Below, one piece after another: positions 40,775 to 53,416 of a stretch of 64,000 nucleotides of DNA. Made by a program: the position numbers and the translations under genes. Source of the DNA: Eledone cirrhosa (Eukaryota); the NCBI GenBank assembly GCA_964016885.1, contig OZ024748.1, positions 8,370,001-8,434,000 of the forward strand. The letters are read 5' to 3'. A model generated the notes under the pieces. That model saw only the letters and a list, made by a program, of their open reading frames with translations. It searched no databases and had not been told where the DNA came from. The first letter of the stretch is position 1. Every line of letters starts with the position of its first letter.

Positions 40775-41063
40775 TTGATACGATCAATGGAACAGCTTTC
40801 TCATGAAGTTAAAGTGCAAGTGGCTGAGCATTCCACAGACACGTGTACCCTTAACGCAGTTCACAGAGAGATTCAGCGTGACACAGAATGTGACAAGGCT
40901 GGCCCTTCGAATTACAGGTACAATTCATATTTGCCAGCTGAGTGGACAGTGGAGCAACATGAAATAAAGTGTCTTGCTCAATGCGCCACCAGGAATCAAT
41001 GCGCCACCAGGAATCGAACTCACGAACTTACGATTGTGAGCCGTGTACACTAACCACAACGCC
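40775..41063 (-). mobile_element. tRNA/CORE-type SINE family C, near full length
   Basis: Minus strand: GGCGTTGTGGTTAG head, GAGTTCGATTCCTGG B-box, TTGAGCAAGACACTTTATTTC CORE-like block. Internal duplication of TCAATGCGCCACCAGGAA. Confidence 0.8.
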
Positions 41064-41466
41064 AGAATTTTGAGACATGTAGTATTGTGCCAGCAACAAT
41101 ATCAAGACTTATTGAATTTGGTAGTTATATACTTCAGGATATCACTTGTAATAAATTGAAATAGTTTTTTGTATAAAGAAATTAGGTGGCATAATTAAAA
41201 TGAATTCGTTGTTGTTTGTTGGGAGAAAACGATAGAACACGAAGCATAGAGAATATTATTTTGTGCGATAAACTTCACATTCCTTTAATAATACATAACT
41301 TCTACATTGGTTTAAAAATATCAACTATTTTAAAATTTCTCTGCTTTTCGTAAACATCGACATTTCAAATTTCATATTAATTTCCACGATATTTTAGTTC
41401 AAAGCAGGTGATCGGACAGAGGAATTTTTTAAATAATGCTTCTGATATTATATACATATGTTTATA

Positions 41467-41615
<149 letters not shown>

Positions 41616-41861
41616 ATAATTATATGTTTATGTATATATATATATATATTATATTTATATATATAATTATATGTTTATATATATATATTATATTTATATA
41701 TATAATTATATGTTTATGTATATATATGTATATATATATATATATATTATATATATATATATCTGTTTATGTATATATATGTATATATATATATATATTA
41801 TATATATATCTGTTTATCTATGTATATATATGTTTATGTATGTATATATATATGTATATAG

Positions 41862-41896
<35 letters not shown>

Positions 41897-41975
41897 TTAT
41901 GTATGTATATATATGTATATATATATATTATATATATATGTATATATCTATATTATATATATATATATGTTTATG

Positions 41976-42011
<36 letters not shown>

Positions 42012-42036
42012 TATATATGTGTGTGTTTGTGTATGA

Positions 42037-42081
<45 letters not shown>

Positions 42082-42977
42082 TGGAAAGTTAAACTATTTT
42101 TCTCTTATGAATAATTTCAAAATTCAACAAAATATAGAACTAGAATTTAATAAAGGTTCTTACATCGACGTATATAGAAGTTTCTCTATTTATAACTCGT
42201 TGGCGTGACTGTTCGGAAAGGGCTAATTATATGGAAAACAAGCCGAAATATGGGAATGTTTCTCTGATTTAAGATTTTACATCTTAGGAATATAAATAAT
42301 GGAAAAAAAAAAAAAATTGCAATTTTCCATTTATGACGAATCGTATTACAAAAGTGGCCACTATGAAGAATCACAAGTTTATCTTTCGATAATCTCGCTC
42401 CAATCAAAGACTTGGAAGAAATATATCAACATTCAGTTGTTGGACAGTTTCTGTCGATCAAATCCTTCTAATTACGAAGAAAAGAAAAAGATATTATTTA
42501 CAATATTGAAAGGACTGGAAAATACGGAATTTTGTATATTGGCGTTAGATTCTGATGCTATTAACATTGGCTATATGATTGTTATCGATCTGTATCAAAT
42601 ACCGCTTATTGGTTTTTGATTCTGATAAAGATGTTTTTGGTGTAGTAGGTGGTAGTTATGTTGATATTGTTCATTTCTGTTCTATGTTGAATATTAATTG
42701 TAGTATGTATAGTTGGTTAATAATTAAGTACAACTAATAACTGCTAATTATTTTAAGACAGTTAATAGCTGTTAATATATCTAAGGTAGCCATTAACTGC
42801 TAATTAATAACGCTTGGTTATTTCACTCCAATCAGTAACTGCTAATTATTCCAGTTTTACTGCAATAGCTGCAGTGAAGTTGATAACTGTACACCATATT
42901 AAAACATTATCAAAACCTTGAAAATATCAACAAAATACTGAATTAAATATTTCATCGACTACACAAAACTTTCGTAA

Positions 42978-43692
42978 ACACCTCCTATATAACTGGGTAG
43001 ATGACAGTATGTCATATACACTTCCTATATAACTGGGTAGATGACAGTATGTCATATCCACCTCCTATATAACTGGGTAGATGACAGTATGTCATATACA
43101 CCTCCTATATAACTGGGTAGATGACAGTATGTCATATACACCTCCTATATAACTGGGTAGATGACAGTATGTCATATACACCTCCTATATAACTGGGTAG
43201 ATGACAGTATGTCATATACACCTCCTATATAACTGGGTAGATGACAGTATGTCATATACACCTCCTATTTGACAGTAGATGACAGTATGTCATATCCACC
43301 TCCTATAGAACTGGGTAGATGACAGTATGTCATATACACCTCCTATTTGACAGTAGATGACAGTATGTCATATACACCCCCTATAGAACTGGGTAGATGA
43401 CAGTATGTCATATACACCTCCTATAGAACTGGGTAGATGACAGTATGTCATATCCACCTCCTATAGAACTGGGTAGATGACAGTATGTCATATACACCCC
43501 CTATAGAACTGGGTAGATGACAGTATGTCATATACACCTCCTATATAACTGGGTAGATGACAGTATGTCATATACACCTCCTATATAACTGGGTAGATGA
43601 CAGTATGTCATATCCACCTCCTATAGAACTGGGTAGATGACAGTATGTCATATACACCTCCTATATAACTGGGTAGATGACAGTATGTCATT
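42978..43692. repeat. 40-bp minisatellite, about 18 copies
   Basis: Unit ACACCTCCTATA(T/G)AACTGGGTAGATGACAGTATGTCATAT, with internal hairpin ATGACA-GTA-TGTCAT and two shorter variant units. Confidence 0.97.
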
Positions 43693-43727
43693 TCGGCTTG
43701 AGCTCTGCCGTCAGGGTCATACTTTTT

Positions 43728-43731
<4 letters not shown>
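43693..43731 (+). mobile_element. Family P1 short fragment ending in (TA)n
   Basis: CGGCTTGAGCTCTGCCGTCAGGGTCATACTTTTTCCTATA matches the P1 right arm. Confidence 0.75.
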
Positions 43732-43772
<41 letters not shown>

Positions 43773-44315
43773 CCAACTGTTAAACAAGGTTCATTGATTA
43801 TTCAATGAATATAGTTTTACAATAGATATAGATATACAATACATTAACAGAGAAAGCCTTAAGCGATACTCCGACCAACTCCATCTCACTCAACAAACAT
43901 TAGGATATACCTAAGTATTATCCCAATTTAGTGTTTGGGGTGCTAACTAATCAGTATTTCGTGGATAGCTGGTTGTATTATTTTATATGAGACATTATTA
44001 AATAAATATCTCTTTCCTTCCAGACGGCCGTTTCGTTATAAGATTTCTACAATTTGGGATAAATAATTTCCAGGTTATGTAGAAACTTGTATATAATCCA
44101 TAGTTTTATACACAAGCGGGCTCTTATAAACTCATCAGTAGATGCCCAAATAGATATGTAGAGATATATATATAAGGTCTGAACACAATGGAATCAAGCT
44201 GCCATTGTCACTGCCTCCTATCCTATAGTAATTGTTGGCGTCTGGTAAAGACTGTCAGGTTTCGAGAGTTGAATGATTTGTTCTGAGTTGGTCAGGTTTC
44301 TCTGAACTGCTGCAG

Positions 44316-44502
44316 TATACTACGTTATAAGCTATACTACGTTATAAGCTATACTACGTTATAAACTATTCTACGTTATAAACTATACTACGTTATAAAC
44401 TAGACTACGTTATAAACTATACTACACAATAGGATAATATACAGTGTGGTAGAATACTACGTTATAACCTATACTACGTTATAAGCTATAATACGTTATA
44501 AC
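44316..44502. repeat. 17-bp tandem repeat, interrupted
   Basis: Unit TATACTACGTTATAA(G/A)C. Confidence 0.92.
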
Positions 44503-44539
44503 ACATTACATTTTATGGTAGTAAACTACCTTGTAAACT

Positions 44540-44586
44540 GTAGTAGTAGTAGTAACAACAGTAGCAGCAGCAGCAGCAGTAGCAGC

Positions 44587-44621
<35 letters not shown>

Positions 44622-44808
44622 CAGCAGCAGAAGCAGCAGTAGTAGTAGTAGTAGCAGCAGCAGCAGTAGCAGTAGCAGCAGCAGTAGTAGTAGTAGTAGT
44701 AGTAGTAGTAACAGCAGCAGCAGTAGCAGCAGTAGTAGTAGTAACAGCAGCAGCAGTAGCAGCAGCAGTAGCAGCAGCAGTAGCAGCAGCAGCAGTAGTA
44801 GTAGTAAC
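44540..44808. repeat. (AGT/AGC)n microsatellite
   Basis: Directly visible. Confidence 0.95.
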
Positions 44809-46104
44809 AATATGATAGGTACATTAACCAAAAGGAAGAATGTAAAGGTGATATAAAAGTGACTTTAACTCTATTCCACAGATCAACTCCAGATGAGTCA
44901 TAACATTATATCTATAATTAAAGCTCTATATCACATATTAACACTACAGTAGCTTCACCACCAGATACTTTATATCACTGTCTCTCTCTCTCTCACTATT
45001 TATATATATGTCCCTCTCTCTCTCACTCGCTCTCTCTCACTATATATGTCCCTTTCTCTCTCTCTTTCTCGCTATCTATGTCCCTTTCTCTGTCTCTCTC
45101 TCACTATCTATGTCCCTTTCTCACTATATATGTCCCTTTCTCTCTCTCTCTCGCTATCTATGTCCCTTTCTCTGTCTCTCTCTCACTATCTATGTCCCTT
45201 TCTCTCTATATATGTCCCTTTCTCTCTCTCTTCATGTCCTTTTCTCTCTGTCCCTTTCTCTCTCTCTCTCTATTTCTTACTCAATATGTGTCTCTCTCTC
45301 CCTCTCTTTCTGCCCCTTTCTCTCCTCCCTGTCTCTCACCCTCTCTTCCCCCTTCTATCCCCCCCTCTCTACATCTCTCACAGATCTTACATACGTCCTT
45401 TCGTCTCACATTTATCCCTTACTGCTAATGTTGTGTTGTTGTTGTTGTTGTTGTTAATGTTGTTGTTGTTGTTAATGTTGTTGTTGTTGATAATGTTGTT
45501 GTTGTTGTTGTTAATGTTGTTGTTGTTGTTAATGTTGTTGTTGTTGTTGTTGTTAATGTTGTTGTTGTTGTTAATGTTGTTGTTGTTGATAATGTTGTTA
45601 TTGTTGTTGTTGTTGTTATTAATATTGTTGTGCTTGTTGTTGTTAAACACCAGGTCACCCCTAATGTTGACATTCCACCACAGAAACATAACATGTATTA
45701 GTGTCCCTATAATTGAGGACCCACCAACATCACCTTTATCCCCGACAAGAATCACGTGATATAGATAGTCCTTGGTCCTTGACCCTAAGTAATGGAATGG
45801 GGAGAGACCAGAGAGTTGTGGTGCTTTGTAAGACCTCATATTTTCTTTATGTGCAGTCGACACACATGACTGATAAACTGACACCCACCCATGGACACCG
45901 TTAAGTTTTTCAACTATAGAATTGGTAAGAAATTGAAAGTGGTGAAGGATGCCCGAAATACTAGAAAGTCTAGGGTTCATATACCCCTGAGTCTGTTGTT
46001 TTGTTGTATGTTCAGTGTGTATTTATTCTATTTGCAGTCAACCCTTTCAAAGACCATCAATTCTGAATCACGTCTTATAACATTTTCCTGATAGTTTAAA
46101 AAAA

Positions 46105-46320
46105 TTTTTTTTTTTATTAAAGACTTTAAATAGGTTTATTTACAATAGTTTATAACTTTGTCTATTAATCCGTATGGTGAGAAAATGGGGTCCCACGTGC
46201 TGGCCTCCCCATAGCTCCGGCGGACAGGATGGAGAAGGGGTTTCCCCGTAGGATGGTAAGGGAGATGCGCTGGAAGAGCCATTCCAACTCGCGAGGATCA
46301 CACCTCAGAGCCTCTGGTGG
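46105..46320 (-). mobile_element. CRE-like non-LTR retrotransposon 3' end with poly(A) tail
   Basis: Minus strand translates DPRELEWLFQRISLTILRGNPFSILS (pattern D.R...FL.QR.S.A..RGNA.S.L). AATAAA and an A-run follow at about 46105-46118. Confidence 0.7.
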
Positions 46321-46525
46321 TATCGCAATAAACTCACTCTAAGAAATTCATTTTATCTTTGACTTGATTAGTCTTGTCTGTTCTTCACAGGTTTCTGCTG
46401 AGGTTTTGTGGATTTCATTTTAAATAGCCTTGGTTATATTCTAAATTGATTTTGTTTGGCTCTGTTTCTAGTGAAACTTTCTTTCGTACTTGACTTTGTT
46501 TTTCATATCCATGTTGTTTACCAAG

Positions 46526-46526
<1 letters not shown>

Positions 46527-46616
<90 letters not shown>

Positions 46617-46700
46617 CTTCTTCTTCTTCTTCTTCTTCTTCTTCTTCTTCTTCTTCTTCTTCTTCTTCTTCTTCTTCTTCTTCTTCTTCTTCTTCTTCTT

Positions 46701-46730
<30 letters not shown>
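46527..46730. repeat. (CTA)n abutting a long perfect (CTT)n
   Basis: Directly visible. Confidence 0.97.
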
Positions 46731-46731
<1 letters not shown>

Positions 46732-47244
46732 ACTCCTGATGAGTGTCACATCAGAAGATATGTACATCATAGATCAAGACCACCAAATGAAGTAGTAACC
46801 ATGAAACAAAGGAACTATTTAACCTACTGCTAGCAATCATGTTGGAAGACAACCCCAGTATACATTAAATTGTACCCTAAGGCGCCGAAGTGTAAGACTA
46901 TGCAGGGAGTTCCTCTTTGCTACTTTTCCTCAGCCATATTTGACTGGTAATTTATCTTATCGACCCCAGGAGGCCCAAAAGCTCAAAAGGTCAAGGTGTT
47001 CTCAGTGATATTTGAGCTCACAGCATAAAATTGTGGTCAGGGAGATTCGCTTTTTAGTTCTATTTGTTTTTCAATTAACTTTTTAGCGAAGTTCCATTTT
47101 ACCTTTCACTCTTCCGAAGTTTAGAGAATAATTACTTAAGTACCAGTTATATGATGGGGAGGAGGGGGGGTGTTGCTTTAATTGACTATAACCCCCCCCC
47201 CAAACAAATCTAAGACATTAATATTCAACTAACTAGTTTATAAT

Positions 47245-47539
47245 CTGATGCTGTTGCTGACGTTGCTGCTGTTGCTGTTTCATTTACAACTGCTGCTGAT
47301 ATTGTTGATGATGCTACTCTTCAAGATGTTTCATTAACCACTGCTGCTGTTGTTGCTGCTGCTGCTGTTGTTGATGGTGTCTCATTAACAGCTGCTGCTG
47401 TTGCTGTTGCTGCTGTTTCATTAAGCACTGCTGCTGTTGTTGTTGCTGTTACAACCGATGCTGTTATTGATGTTGATGTTGTCTCATTAACTACTGTTGC
47501 TGCTGTTGCTGCTGCTGCTGATGACAATGACTTATCATT

Positions 47540-47597
<58 letters not shown>

Positions 47598-47950
47598 GCT
47601 GCTGCTGCTACTGATGATGATGATTACTTATCATTAACCACTGCTGCTGTTGCTGATGCTATTTTATTGACTATTGCTGCTGTTGTTGCTGATTCCGCCT
47701 CATTAATTGCTGTTGCTGCTGCTGCTGCTGTCATTAACTACTGCTGCTGCTGCTGTCATTAACTACTACTGCTGCTGCTGCTGCTGCTGTCATTAACTAC
47801 TGCTGCTGCTGCTGTCATTAACTACTGCTGCTGCTGCTGCTGCTGCGGCTGCTGTCATTAACTACTGCTGCTGCTGCTGCTGCTGTCATTAACTGCTGCT
47901 GCTGCTGCTGCTGCTGTTGCTGCTGTCATTAACTGCTGCTGCTGCTGTTA
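47245..47950. repeat. TCATTAAC-(TGC)n composite minisatellite
   Basis: TCATTAACTACTGCTGCTG units with variable (CTG)n. Confidence 0.9.
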
Positions 47951-47991
47951 TCTGTAGCACACTAAGCTGTAGAGTGTCCATACCATTATTA

Positions 47992-48163
47992 CCGGTAGAA
48001 GGTCGGACGCCATGCTTTCCAGCACAGTTACGTCCCTTTATGTTCTGAGTTCAAATCCCGCCAAGGTTTACTTTGCCTTTCATCCTTACGGGGTTGATAG
48101 AATAAAGTACCAGTAATACACTGGGTAATTGCTGGCCTTGTGCCTAAAAGTAGAAACAATTAT
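47992..48163 (+). mobile_element. SINE family A
   Basis: CGGTAGAAGGTCGGACGCCATGC...GAGTTCAAATCCC...GGCCTTGTGCCTAAAAGTAGAAACAATT. Confidence 0.85.
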
Positions 48164-48200
48164 TATCATTTATGGCTATTGTCATCCCCCTCCCCTCCCT

Positions 48201-48239
<39 letters not shown>

Positions 48240-48599
48240 CCCACACCACCTGTCTGTCTCTCAGTCTCTCTATCTGTCTGTCTGTCTGTCTGTCTGTCAG
48301 TCTATCTATCTGTCTGTCTGCCTGTCTGTCTGTCACACACTCTCTCTATTCCTCTTTCTACCTCTATAATACATTCTATCACTCTCTCTATCACACACCC
48401 TCTGTCTATCTCTTTCTCTCTGTCTCCCTCTCAATACTCTCACTCCCCCCCCGTCACTATATGTCATACGCTCTTCTATCGCTAACCCCCCTCCCCCCTC
48501 CACTCTCTTTAACTACGTATAAGCTCCACTGATAACCACACACACATGCACACATGCACACACTCATGCACACACACACATATCTGTGCACCTACACTC

Positions 48600-48943
48600 A
48601 AACACACACACACCTACACAGCCATATATATATATATATCCCAGCACACAAACACACACACAGCTACACAGTCATACGTATATATCCCAGCACACACACA
48701 CACACACACCTACACAACCATACATATATATATATCCCAGCACACATACACACACACCTACACAGCCATACATACACATACATCCCAGCGCACACACACA
48801 CACACACCTACACAGCCATACATACACATACATCCCAGCACACACACACACACACACACACCTACACAGCCATACATACACATACATCCCAGCACACACA
48901 CACACACACATACACCTACACAGCCATACATACACATACATCC

Positions 48944-48978
<35 letters not shown>

Positions 48979-49119
48979 CACAGCCATACATACACATACA
49001 TCCCAGCACACACACACACACACACACACACACCTACACAGCCATACATACACATACATCCCAGCACACACACACACACACACACACACACCTACACAGC
49101 CATACATACACATACATCC

Positions 49120-49154
<35 letters not shown>

Positions 49155-49403
49155 CACAGCCATACATACACATACATCCCAGCACACACACACACACACA
49201 CACATACACCTACACAGCCATACATACACATACATCCCAGCACACACACACACACACACACACCTACACAACCATACATACACATACATCCCAGCACACA
49301 CACACCTACACCTACACAGCCATACATACACATACATCCCAGCACACACACACACACACACACACACCTACACAGCCATACATACACATACATCCCAGCA
49401 CAC
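48600..49403. repeat. Minisatellite CCTACACAGCCATACATACACATACATCCCAG-(CA)n
   Basis: Constant core of about 32 bp with a variable CA spacer, more than 12 copies. Confidence 0.95.
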
Positions 49404-49482
49404 AGCGAGACATTGTGTGTCTGTGTGTTTGTGCAAAGAATTAGATATGTTCAACACTAAGCCAAGATATCTGTACATAGTT

Positions 49483-49642
49483 GCAGGTATGGTTGTGTGG
49501 TTAAAGTGTTTGTTTAGCAATCATGTGGATCTGGGTTCGGTTACGCTGCCCTGCAGCTGGGGTAAATATCTTGTTAATATAGCCCCAGGCTGACCAATGG
49601 TTTGTGACTGGTATTTGATAGACGGAAACTGCAGAACCAGTC

Positions 49643-49645
<3 letters not shown>
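49483..49645 (+). mobile_element. tRNA-derived SINE family D with (TA)n tail; relatives at about 13298, 18990, 29590 and 50655 (minus)
   Basis: GGTATGGTTGTGTGGTTAA...GGGTTCGGTT...ATAGCCCCAGGCTGACCAA...GACGGAAACTG. Confidence 0.65.
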
Positions 49646-49677
<32 letters not shown>

Positions 49678-49679
<2 letters not shown>

Positions 49680-49869
49680 AGACGATCGACTTTCGTCAAA
49701 TCGGATCGAGGGAACAATGTTTCCGTTGGTCTTTCCAATTGCTAATACTATCTATCGGTCGCAACTCCAGGTAGAAGGAGCAACGTGAAATAAAGTGTCT
49801 TGCTCAAGGACATAACGCATCGCCTGGTCCAGGAATCGAGGCGATGCGTTATGTCCTTGAGCAAGACAC

Positions 49870-49876
<7 letters not shown>
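49678..49876 (-). mobile_element. TA-embedded CORE-type SINE fragment with 5' fold-back inversion
   Basis: Perfect 38-bp arms at 49788-49825 and 49839-49876 around a 13-nt loop containing the B-box complement CAGGAATCG. (TA)n on both sides. Confidence 0.8.
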
Positions 49877-49924
<48 letters not shown>

Positions 49925-50095
49925 GCACACACACACACATACACATACACATACATATAAAAGTATGGAGGAGGTGTCAAATTTTCATTAAGTTTATTCA
50001 GGTGTGACGCGTGTTTTGCGATTGATCAGATCAAAGTTCGATCTCTATCGATCGGTCCCGACTCTGGAATCAAAAGCTCACCAGACTTCTGTTAC

Positions 50096-50125
<30 letters not shown>

Positions 50126-50126
<1 letters not shown>

Positions 50127-50236
50127 GGAACCAGTAAGACCCCGACAGCTGAGCTCAAGCCGTTTCGACGGCTAATTCTGGACTCAGAATTAGCCGTCGA
50201 AACGGCTTGAGCTCAGCTGTCGGGGTCTTACTGGTT

Positions 50237-50239
<3 letters not shown>
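50126..50239. mobile_element. TA-embedded fold-back element, family P1
   Basis: Perfect 55-bp arms at 50126-50180 and 50185-50239, loop GACT. Confidence 0.9.
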
Positions 50240-50317
<78 letters not shown>

Positions 50318-50774
50318 GTTCAGCAGACAATCCATGGATAATCATATATATAGAGAGAGAAATCAGTGTCAAAATCGATACAGACACAGAGTTTAGTAAT
50401 TAGTAAAATATCAAGGTAAGGTCCACTCAGTTTCGGATGACCTGCACCACGCCCACTGTCTTTCAACTTTCTCTCTATTTGTGTGAATGCGCGTTTAAGT
50501 TTGGTTTATATACGCTTTACTTTTTTTCTGTCTCTGGACTACGCCCATGATGGAGCATCCCCTTGGTAAGTTATGGGGACGTTAACAAACCAACAAGCAT
50601 TGGTGGGAGCGCAAACACAAACGCAAAGACACACACAGACATAGATACATATATATGACGCGCTTCTTTTAGTTTCGGTCTATTAAATCCATTCACAGGG
50701 ATTTGGTCGGCCTGGGCAGAGGGACTGAACCCGGAAACATGTGGTTGGGAAGCAAGCTTCTTGCCTCACTGCGC

Positions 50775-50829
<55 letters not shown>

Positions 50830-51079
50830 CAAGTTAACAATGAAAATAAAAAGAACGAAGTCAAGTTACTTTATAACTTTGTTTTTATTTTGTTGTTTTA
50901 TATATATATATATATAAATATATATATTATAGACACACACACACAGACACACATATATATATATTTTTTTTTTCCAGTCCGGTCTACCTTTGGATAAAAC
51001 TCAATGTAATCTTGTAAACTCCATAGAGAAGTTCTGTGTTTCACTGAATTAATTCTTTAGGTATCTTAGGTATTAAATT

Positions 51080-51119
<40 letters not shown>

Positions 51120-51206
51120 CTACATACATACATATATACATATATACATTTACCTATGTATATAGCTATGCATTTATATTTAAGTGTGTACGGATGTTGA
51201 CAAGAT

Positions 51207-51330
51207 TTATGTTTTTTCTTTGGTAAGGAGAAAATTTTGACTCCAGATTTTAACACCTAGGGATATTAAATACAACAGCTCGGGCTGAAAGTTGACCAGG
51301 TTCTCAACCTCATCAAACACCGACGCCGGC
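51207..51330 (-). CDS. Candidate terminal coding exon of an unidentified host gene
   Basis: CAG|G acceptor after a CA microsatellite. Reads (R)PASVFDEVENLVNFQPELLYLISLGVKIWSQNFLLTKEKT* and is phase-compatible with 51663-51821. Confidence 0.35.
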
Positions 51331-51662
51331 CTGTGTGTGTATATGTGTGTATGTATGTATGTATGTATGTATGTATGTATGTATGTATGTATGTATGTAT
51401 GTATGTATGTATGTATGTATGCATGCATGTGTGCGTATAACCATTGCTTCTTTTTCTTGTCATTTCTGTTGTTCTTGTAACTGTTTTCAAAGTTGAAGTT
51501 GTCCTTATTTTCATTTTCTTTGATTTCTTTCGTTTTTCTTTTATCTCCCTAGGGAATTCATTGACAAGCGTCTTTTATTTCTTCGTTTTCTTCGTTTTCT
51601 TCATTCAAATTCATTCACACTGGCTATCTCAGGGACGCACAAATATGGCTTATAAAACTTAC

Positions 51663-51821
51663 CTAAGTAAATGGCCTTCCAGTGCGCCCCTAGCGCTCCC
51701 CAAAACTTCAAACGCCCCCCTAACGACCCCCTTGCTCCAAAACGACCCCCCCACCCCGTTGAGGACCTTTGTTCTAGGAGAAGGCAACTCAGGAAACTGG
51801 GATAACTTCGACACATAAAAC
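51663..51821 (-). CDS. Candidate internal coding exon (159 nt) of an unidentified host gene
   Basis: GC-rich non-repetitive island. CGCAG|G acceptor with a weak pyrimidine tract and a consensus AG|GTAAGT donor. Open frame FYVSKLSQFPELPSPRTKVLNGVGGSFWSKGVVRGAFEVLGSARGALEGHLL. Confidence 0.35.
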
Positions 51822-52038
51822 CTGCGGCTCAGTAGTTACCGATGATGTTGATCTTTTCTTCCGTTCGGGTTATAGCTACTGTCGCTCAGAGAGTGGGATT
51901 GGCTCAGTGCACAGTCTTTCCTCACTTAAAAAAATATCTTCACGCACAGGCATTGCACGATAGAATTAATTAATAATTATTAATAATGGTATATCGTGCA
52001 AAGGCCACACTCGATAACGAGGGGGCTGCTATCATATG

Positions 52039-52073
<35 letters not shown>

Positions 52074-52078
52074 GTATG

Positions 52079-52131
<53 letters not shown>

Positions 52132-52428
52132 GCTTGGTGGTCCCCGATCTGTCCAGTTGGTTTGTCTACCAGCTTATCAGGAAAAAATTATACATTTTCT
52201 ATGTATTTTATCTGAGGAGGACATGTTTTGCTTTATGTTATATATAAAACTTTGCACCTTGCAAAAAAATAATGATGATATAAAGTATATATCTTTCGTT
52301 TATTACTATTATATATATATATATATATATACGTACATACACACTCTGATACCAAACGACCATATATATATATGGAACGCAACAGGTGCGTGTGTTTTTA
52401 TTGGCAGCAGGACCCTCCCAATGTATAA

Positions 52429-52510
<82 letters not shown>

Positions 52511-52770
52511 AACGAAGGAAATGTGGTAAGGAACCAGATGGACCAAAACGCACCAAAGTACTCAATACTTAGGGTAGTAGAGTGGGTAATAGGAACAAGT
52601 ATCACCCCGACGGCAGAGCTCAAGCCGTTTCGACTCAGAATTAGCCGTCGAAACGGCTTGAGCTCTGCCGTCGGGGTGATACTTGTTCCTATTACCCACT
52701 CTACTACCCTAAGTATTGAGTACTTTGGTGCGTTTTGGTCCATCTGGTTCCTTACCACATTTCCTTCGTT
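52511..52770. mobile_element. TA-embedded fold-back element, family P1, 260 bp
   Basis: Perfect 124-bp arms at 52511-52634 and 52647-52770 with a 12-nt loop TCAGAATTAGCC. Confidence 0.92.
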
Positions 52771-53312
52771 ATATATATATATATATATTTACACACATAT
52801 ATATATATATTTACACATATATATATATATTTACACATATATATATATATATTTACACATATATATATATATATTTACACATATATACACAAGGTATGTA
52901 CATATGTTTGTGTATGATGTGTGTGTGAGGTTAGCGACGCTCAGTAGTCAGATATCAGCTAAACTATCACAATCTGTTGCATGTTTGGGTTGTTGACCGA
53001 TAAATACAGAACAGTTAACAGTAAAATAAAACAAAATACATTAAACTTAACAGACAGCTTTTATCTCCTGTTTTCAAGTTATGTTCTATATAGTCAAAAG
53101 TATTGATTGTAGGTAAACTGGGGAAGTTATATCCTTATGAGTATACAATGACCTGTTACATAAGATACTCTCCTATGGTTTTGAGTGTAAAAAGTGGGTC
53201 CCTACTTCATATTTTTAAAAGTTTAATAGGGAGTCTTCTATAAAATGAAAAGAAAAGTTATATATATATATAAAAGTATTATTATATTACATATATATAT
53301 ATAGATATATAC

Positions 53313-53403
<91 letters not shown>

Positions 53404-53416
53404 AGTATTATTATAT

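Noticed and set aside
42299-42619. 106-aa non-repetitive ORF
   Set aside because: AT-rich, begins in an A-run, with no recognisable motif or convincing splice sites.
42978-43692. CRISPR-like array with palindromic repeat
   Set aside because: Contiguous 40-bp units without spacers.
48546-49593. His/Thr-rich ORFs of about 300 aa
   Set aside because: Open in all three frames because the CA-rich minisatellite lacks stop codons.
50126-52770. Palindromes as sequencing or amplification fold-back artefacts, or as simple MITEs
   Set aside because: They recur at separate loci with family-specific junctions, some have diverged or deleted arms, and arm lengths vary (no fixed TIR). An artefact cannot be formally excluded without raw reads.
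51986-52996. 336-aa ORF and its antisense twin containing [20 protein letters not shown]
   Set aside because: The same peptide on both strands results from the 260-bp palindrome; the rest is (TA)n translation.
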